Part shown: piece after piece, positions 53,546 to 60,000 of the stretch
Position numbering within the stretch: position 1 is the stretch's first letter
Layout of the letters: each line of letters begins with the position of its first letter
Origin: Lytechinus pictus
Taxonomy: Eukaryota
DNA length: 60,000 nucleotides
Direction of reading: 5' to 3'
Assembly: GCF_037042905.1 (NCBI RefSeq)
Contig: NC_087245.1
Location: 18,912,001 to 18,972,000, forward strand
Notes under the pieces: model-generated
Told to the model about the DNA's origin: nothing
Database searches by the model: none
What the model saw: the letters and a program-made list of their open reading frames with translations, nothing else
Made by a program: the position numbers and the translations under genes

Positions 53546-55443
53546 CATATTTCATACATTCATGTAGAACTTTCTTCCGCAGCCTCTCACCGCACTGAAG
53601 ACATCACCACCAGCAAGATTAGATGTAGGGTTCAAGGATGAAGTGACCTTCACCCAGGCCCAAGCCAAATGAGGGTATGGCTACCCAGCCTCTTGGCTGT
53701 CCATATGATCACTTGCCTCTTGCTGTCAAAATATGAATGAACGACCATCGCATGGCTCGGAGTGTACTCCCGGCTGCCAGCACCCCGTGTAAATTAATAA
53801 GACGATGACGATCGATCGGTGGCGTAATAAAATCGGCTGGTGAAAGGCTGTCCGGGTGAATGTCTGGGTCATGGTGGTGCTTCAACTCTTAAAGCTGCAC
53901 TCTGTGGGATACTTGGCAAAACAACCAGGCAAACATATGGTTCAAACTTGTACTTGGGAGTCTTAAAGCTACATTCTGTCGTACAACCAAGAAACTGGCA
54001 GAAAAGAAGAGTATTCATTGTCAGCCATTCAGTGAATATTTGGCTCAGAGATATCTTTGTTCTTACATCTGTATTCTACAAATCTACCATGGTACAATTC
54101 CATTAGCTTGCTGAAAGTATCCTTCATCTTGTAAATTTAACAATTTGGTGATACTACACTGAACTGTGTGTGGCCCATGAGTGCGTTTAACTTGTGAAGC
54201 TGTATCACCATGCTTTTACTGCTCTAAATATATGTTTCAATACTTAACATTTCATGTGTACTGCTGTTGAAACTAAACTATATGAATCAAAATTCTCTCT
54301 GCTGCTTTTTTCGATAATATACAGACATAAGGACAATGAAGTACAATAGGTATGAATCACTTAAATTGTATCTATCTGGTATCACCTTAAAATATCAATA
54401 AAAATCTAACACATTCCGATGTCTATTTTTGTAATCATGAATGAAATTGAATATGATAATCAACTTGAGTGGTACAATACATAATTAGTAATTTATTTTC
54501 TCTGAATAGAATTTAATGTTTCAAACAAACGGCTCTGGTAATTCTATCAAAAGATGTTACTGGTAGCATCCACATCCGACCCACACAAGATAAGGTGGGA
54601 GAGGGACCCAACCATTGAGGTGATAGCAAAATAATGATGTCTATCACATCCGGTGATCGATTGCCTAAGGTAATTGGAGGATACCATTCTCGGACATGGT
54701 TTGCCCCCTCACAGCTACCATACTCCGACCCTGGCCTCCAAATAGAGATAGCCACAGACATATCAAACATAGCCAGCCGATCATGACCTCCTTTTTCAGA
54801 GGGGGCATGTGCTCATCAGAAAATGTTTTTATCATTGCCTCAGGGCATGATGGGAGAAACAAGCCTCTAGATTATGAACTTACCTGCCCTCAACAATCTG
54901 CTGTATATATATGAAAATAAACTCCTTTTGGAACATGATAAGGAATGGGATAGGGGGCAGAAGTAGATTTTGCCCCATTATTTTTAGATTAAAAAATGAC
55001 CCTCTAAATTGGGAGGGGGGTTGGGGCAGTTGTAAATTCTTGTCTCATTTATGTGAGATTTAAGATGTTTTTTTTTTTTTGGGGGGGGTAGGAGTGGCTG
55101 TAGCAGATGCCCTTGTTTCCAAAATTGCGAATTCATCTTATTAAACAGCACTAGAAGATGAGAGTTTATGACATTGAAAGAAATTTTACATTATCAGAAA
55201 GTGTATATTGATATCACTGTATTTTGATGCACTCATCTTCTCAACCTATGTAAAGTACATCATACAATTCAAATGCTGTAAAAGAATGTCTTTGAAGATG
55301 ATGTTTCCTGTATATTGCAAACATTATGAGTACAGTCGACATGAAGCATTTTCCAACAAATATAAATCAAAGGTTTTCTAATTTAGTAAAATTCATAAGT
55401 GGTTAAGTTCTATGAAATGATCAATGTACACTGGCAAGACCTG

Positions 55444-55572
55444 GGTTCCGTAACACAAAGGTTAGCGATTAATCGTACGCTTGATTTTCACGATTGATTG
55501 TACACTGTAGTCAATGGAATCAATCGCAGAAAATTTTTCTATGATCATTGCTAAGCTTTGTGATACATGCCA
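55444..55572. mobile_element. Short CTG-flanked MITE
   Basis: CTG|GGTTCCGTAACACAAAGGTTAGC ... GCTAAGCTTTGTGATACATGCCA|CTG. Confidence 0.75.
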
Positions 55573-56050
55573 CTGGATTTTAATTTTCATTAATAAATAA
55601 AAGTTGAATTGTGATAGCCAAGATGAAATTCATGAGGTTTGCTTGGTCAATAGGATTGATTAAGGGTCTTAATTGTGGGGGATTCCTCATCAAGAATGAA
55701 TAACATTCAAGATATTCTCACTGGAGGAGGTAGAAGAATATTATCCACCCACCACTGACTATGGATTCCGATTGTATGAATACATTTTGATAAAGCAACT
55801 TTGTAGAGTGTAGGTGAGAACACGACCTGATGTTTGTCACTGAAAAACATTATAGACCTGAAGAGTGAAGATTGGATTGTCATTATACTCTAGTCTTCAT
55901 ACCAAGAAGGCTATCAAAGCAGCCCACTTATATCTGGCTTTGATTCTGCAACAAATATTATATTGATAATTTCTATTTTGGAGGGTACAACCCCCATCCA
56001 CTATGAATAAATTTGTTTGTCTCAGACTTAAACAAATCTCTGGCCCTTGC

Positions 56051-56485
56051 AATAAGCCAGTTCGTAGTTCCACTCTGCACATGATCAGAGGAAGGTCATT
56101 TGTACTAAAGTGATATGGTGGTTTAAAATTTAATGAAATAAGCACCAACCTCAATGTCTTGATTATTCATATATTCTTTTGAATTGTGTTTTTCATTCAT
56201 ATCCACAAAAAACAATGCGTCCACAAATGACTGGTATATTTCACAGTTTGCCAAGTACATTGTACAACATCCTCTAATATGCATTCAAAGTAGAAATGCA
56301 ACAAATACCTTCAAAGAGTGTTTATTGATGTGCTATTCTAATCACCTGGTCTATTCAATTTCTCCATCCCGCTATATAAGGCATGCATATGGAATATCTT
56401 GCTTTGAAATCTGCCTATCTTAATTAAAGAAATGAAAGGTCATTTGACCAAAATTGTCCATGAAGTAACTACGAACTGGTCTATT
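56051..56485 (+). mobile_element. MITE family A, copy 2
   Basis: Same TIRs and colinear interior as 6391-6840, same orientation. Confidence 0.9.
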
Positions 56486-56593
56486 CCTCAACTCTAGTTC
56501 AAATATTTTAATCTTTAATTATTAAATTAAGAATGGGAGGTATCTAGCGAATGCATTTGTCATTGTTTTTTTTTTGTCTGACAGCTGCTATAA

Positions 56594-57470
56594 GGCCCCC
56601 TCACACCTAATCGAATTGCCTGAAATATGCCTTGCGATGGCTGGCGAAAGGCATTTGAAAAAAAATAGTTTTCAATGGTAACTTATGGTAAATCATATTT
56701 ACCCTTCGTGTTTGGGTTCGTACACCTTCTGAACAGCTGCGATTATTCAAATTCGCGCGAAAATTTTGAACTTGTTTAAAATTTCCCTACGAATTGAAAA
56801 ATTGATGGTTACCTGTTTGTGTGTGTGTGTGTATTTGAGTTCGTCAGACGTGTATCAATCAGATATGATTATTTACGTCTGGGACCAACCTTTAACGTCA
56901 CCATCCAAAAGACGTGACCAGGGCTCGAACCTCTGCATCAATTTGTAACTTCCCCACATAGCTTGGATAACAGGCACACGCCACAACGCCCAGTTTGAAT
57001 TCGCATCTCTTATTTAGTCTGCGGTAATCGTTCGTTTATCATGGTTATCGTTCGTGTGTTATTGTCGCGCACAGTCCCTCATCTCGCTTTTGCCAAAAAG
57101 GACAGATCTCGAAAGAACCCTTAACGAAGCAACACGATGACACAAACGTATAAGAACGCCCGATCTATTCCATCGTCTTCGTTTCTAATCACACGTCATA
57201 TCAAACCATTGCTCACTGTTCGTTCGTCATATTGGGTTATATCAACCCTTCGTTCGCCTTCGGCTGCAATTTACTCTCAGAGGTGAACCGAAAAATTGAT
57301 ATCCTTCGCATGTCATATTTATCCTTTGCTTTCCGTTCGTTGATACAATAGTTACTAATCGCATGATTTGACGGAAATTTTATTTGAATTTGTTGAGTTC
57401 GCTTGCATTTTGTGCATTTTTCCCATTCATCACCCTTCGTCCGCCTACATTCGGTCAGGTGTGAGGGGGC
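56594..57470. mobile_element. Harbinger-like MITE (~700 bp plus nested SINE)
   Basis: TAA|GGCCCCCTCACACCTAATCGAAT ... ATTCGGTCAGGTGTGAGGGGGC|TTA; CpG-rich interior with many TTCG motifs. Confidence 0.85.
56820..56992 (-). mobile_element. SINE with a 7SL(Alu-domain)-like head, B-box, Deu/Nin-like motif and (CA)n tail
   Basis: Minus strand: TGGGCGTTGTGGCGTGTGCCTGTTATCCAAGCTATGTGGGGA..GGTTCGAGCCC..CGTCTTTTGGATGGTGACGTTAAAGGTTGGTCCC..(CA)n; GTTTG direct repeat at 56815-56819 and 56993-56997. Confidence 0.75.
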
Positions 57471-58440
57471 TTATGAATATAAGCTACTAAAATCCTACTT
57501 TTTTAATTGCTGTGAGTAAATCGGTTTGTGTCAAAAATCACATACAAGCTTACAACACACTTTTAAGTTAATGTTCAAAAGTGTGAGAGTTCATGCTTTG
57601 GATATTTACATGTACTGTATTCTCAGCTGGGGTGAAAATGATTAGATTCATGCATATTGATGTATTAAGCTCATTAATTTCAGACAGGCGACATTTATTC
57701 AAGCAAATTTGGATCAGAAATAGTGTAAAATTTGTAAACTTTGGACACTGACTGATGCAAGTGTATCGTACTATGACCCATTAATGTGTAGAACCAAGTA
57801 CGGTTCTATTCATATTAAATATGTGATCTGGTTGCACTATCGAGATATATTTTGCACGAATTTTGCCATTCTTATTCATGTCCTTCCTTTGCATATTCTC
57901 TTTCAGCATGTGAAAAATTCACTATCAGGAAATTTAGTCTTTTCCCTCAGAGAACCTAACAATTATATTAAACCATCTGTGGAAAATGTGGCAAGGTCCA
58001 TGTGTTTTGTTGCATACACGGTAAGAGCTAGAGGTCATAGTCAAAATCCTATTTCATAGGAACTTGTAAAAGTCATTGCCCGTGGTTTCGAAGCCAAGAC
58101 TAATTCTGAGGTTCAGAGACAAAGATAGCGAGTTACCACTAAGTACATGAACAGCTTGGGCTTATGCTCAGATCGTAATTACATTTCCATACATGGTGCC
58201 CCTGGAGAAATACAGGGAGTTCAAGATCAGGGTGTTCGTGTCTGAAGGATTTCATATTTTTTCTTTGTCTGTCGATCTGTCTGTCTGTCTGTCAGTCATT
58301 CTGTCTATGTCCATCTATTGGTCCGTTTGGTTGGTGTATATTTCTATATATCGGTCTGCACATATTTACCTGTTTATCAATTTATTTTCCTGTTTATCAA
58401 TTTGTTGATTTATTATTTATCTGTCTATATGACAGTCTAT

Positions 58441-58441
<1 letters not shown>

Positions 58442-58508
<67 letters not shown>

Positions 58509-58557
58509 TTATTTATCTAGCTAGCTAGCTAGCTGTCTGTCTGTCTGTCTGTCTGTC
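58442..58557 (+). repeat. (TATC)16 followed by (CTAG)n and (CTGT)n; compound microsatellite
   Basis: Read directly; degenerate TCTG/TCTA sequence extends back to ~58265. Confidence 0.95.
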
Positions 58558-59590
58558 TCTTTAAATATCTATCAGGAAGACATATTTTATCGAAAAATTT
58601 GTTGCATTATTCCTGGAGGGAAATTTCACTTGTTCACACTTGCAACACTGTAAAAATACAATTTATTCAAATCAGAAACCAGACAAATTGTAAGATCTAC
58701 AGGTTGCTATTACAATGAGGCAAAATTTCCTGGAAAGAGGAATAAAAGACGATCCTCAAGTTAATAATTAATGCATACATGCATGTAGAGAATTTTAAAA
58801 AGGTGCAGCACGAGTACAGATACTGTACATTATATAAACAACACTCTGCCTAACTGGTAGGCATTGCCAATCATCATTGAAATAAAATAAGCCCTCAAAA
58901 ATCCAGAAACGGGAGAAATCAAACCACAAAAAGACAAACCACACAGACCATACAGGAGCCTTGCAAAGTATGCATGTCGCTGCATCGATATGCAATTTAT
59001 GATATATCTTTATTTGCCTTGTCTGCAAATGAAAACATTCTTGTAAGGAAAAAATACACATGCACATCTTTTTGCTCATACTTAAAATTCTCTAATTTCT
59101 AAATGTATCTCCTTCTTCTTTCTTTATAACTATGGTATTACGAAAAATCAAGTTCTAAATCCTTCTTCAGGTTTCCTGGTTGAATAATTTTGACAGAAGC
59201 AAAAATTTTCTCCTGATTTTCTTTAAATTCAGCTTGGGAGTGCTGTTCTTTGCTAGTAATCACACCAGCCTGAATGAGATAAAGTTCTCATAATAGTACG
59301 CTAGCCTGCAGCAAGACTCTTATTCCTTTAGCAAATGATGCACTTTTTTGCCTTACATCAAAGATCCTTACTATTTTCTTTCACACTATAGAAATCTTCA
59401 TGACCTCAGAGCAACCCCTGTAAAACATCTTTAAATTTTCAACAAAAAAACAACTAATTTGCGCGTGATTTCTCTCAGGGATATGAGCACCTTCCTTTCA
59501 CACAGGCAAAGTACCATTTTTTTTTTATGTGAACTACTTGAACAGAAACCAGGTCCCACAGCCTCTGACAAACCATCAGTTTTTACTCAC

Positions 59591-59637
59591 ATATCGCCAG
59601 ACAGCAATCCCAAGAAAGAATCCTTGAGTGCTTCCAT
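59591..59637 (-). CDS. Weak candidate first coding exon MEALKDSFLGLLSGD (phase 2)
   Basis: ATG at 59637, 15 codons + 2 nt, then donor GTGAGT (59590-59585); Inr-like TCAGTC ~59695 upstream. Confidence 0.2.
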
Positions 59638-59761
59638 CTACCAAGCCTTCAACACATAGCTTAGCAACTAAATGTACAGTTCATTTCTAGGACTGATAGA
59701 ATTAATTGTAATAAATGGTGAAAATCAGCCCTGCATTTGATTTAGCTGTTTATGTGACCTG

Positions 59762-59976
59762 GGGGGTGTTTCACAAAGATTTGAGTATGACTTAGAGTCA
59801 CACTTAAATGCCTATTTGAATGCGGTATAAAATGCGTGACTGCATTGGTCAGATCATACAAAGAGGACGCGCACTAATGCGTATCGATCAATAAGATTGC
59901 GCGTTGCATATCATGTATGCGGCGGCCTTTAAGTGCGACTCTTAAGTCATACTTAAATCTTTGTGAAACATCCCCC
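59762..59976. mobile_element. CTG-TSD MITE (PIF/Harbinger-like)
   Basis: CTG|GGGGGTGTTTCACAAAGATTTGAGTATGACTTAGAGTCACACTTAAA ... TTTAAGTGCGACTCTTAAGTCATACTTAAATCTTTGTGAAACATCCCCC|CTG. Confidence 0.92.
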
Positions 59977-60000
59977 CTGATCATGTATTTAGGGCCATGT

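Noticed and set aside
53840..54106. Possible LINE reverse-transcriptase relic
   Set aside because: Only a vague resemblance; no diagnostic RT or endonuclease motif found.
56820..56992. Functional 7SL/SRP RNA gene
   Set aside because: Only the first ~45 nt resemble 7SL; no S-domain, too short, ends in (CA)n and lies within a MITE.
1..60000. Conserved miRNA hairpins, snRNA/rRNA genes, autonomous transposase or prokaryotic genes
   Set aside because: None recognised by eye; an Rfam/miRBase/BLASTX scan would be needed to exclude them formally.

Overview
AT-rich (roughly 35% GC, estimated by eye), CpG-depleted eukaryotic non-coding DNA. The repeat families look echinoderm-like, probably sea urchin; this is recognition from memory, not a search result. 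There is no full-length gene, operon, rRNA/tRNA gene or CRISPR array, and most listed ORFs are chance or repeat-derived. Well supported features are about 14 non-autonomous DNA transposons (MITEs) with visible terminal inverted repeats (TIRs), most also with TA, TTAA or CWG target duplications (TSDs), several SINEs and microsatellites. CpG-rich patches with consensus splice sites suggest the window is the intronic/5' part of a large minus-strand gene with several alternative first exons, and possibly an overlapping plus-strand spliced transcript; both remain inference. Best candidate novelty: a ~175 bp SINE (56820-56992, minus), nested in a MITE, whose head matches the 7SL RNA Alu domain with its pseudoknot-forming bases intact, followed by a B-box, a Deu/Nin-like motif and a (CA)n tail. 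Second: an excess of TACATGTA and TAGGCCTA palindromes that look like transposon excision footprints.
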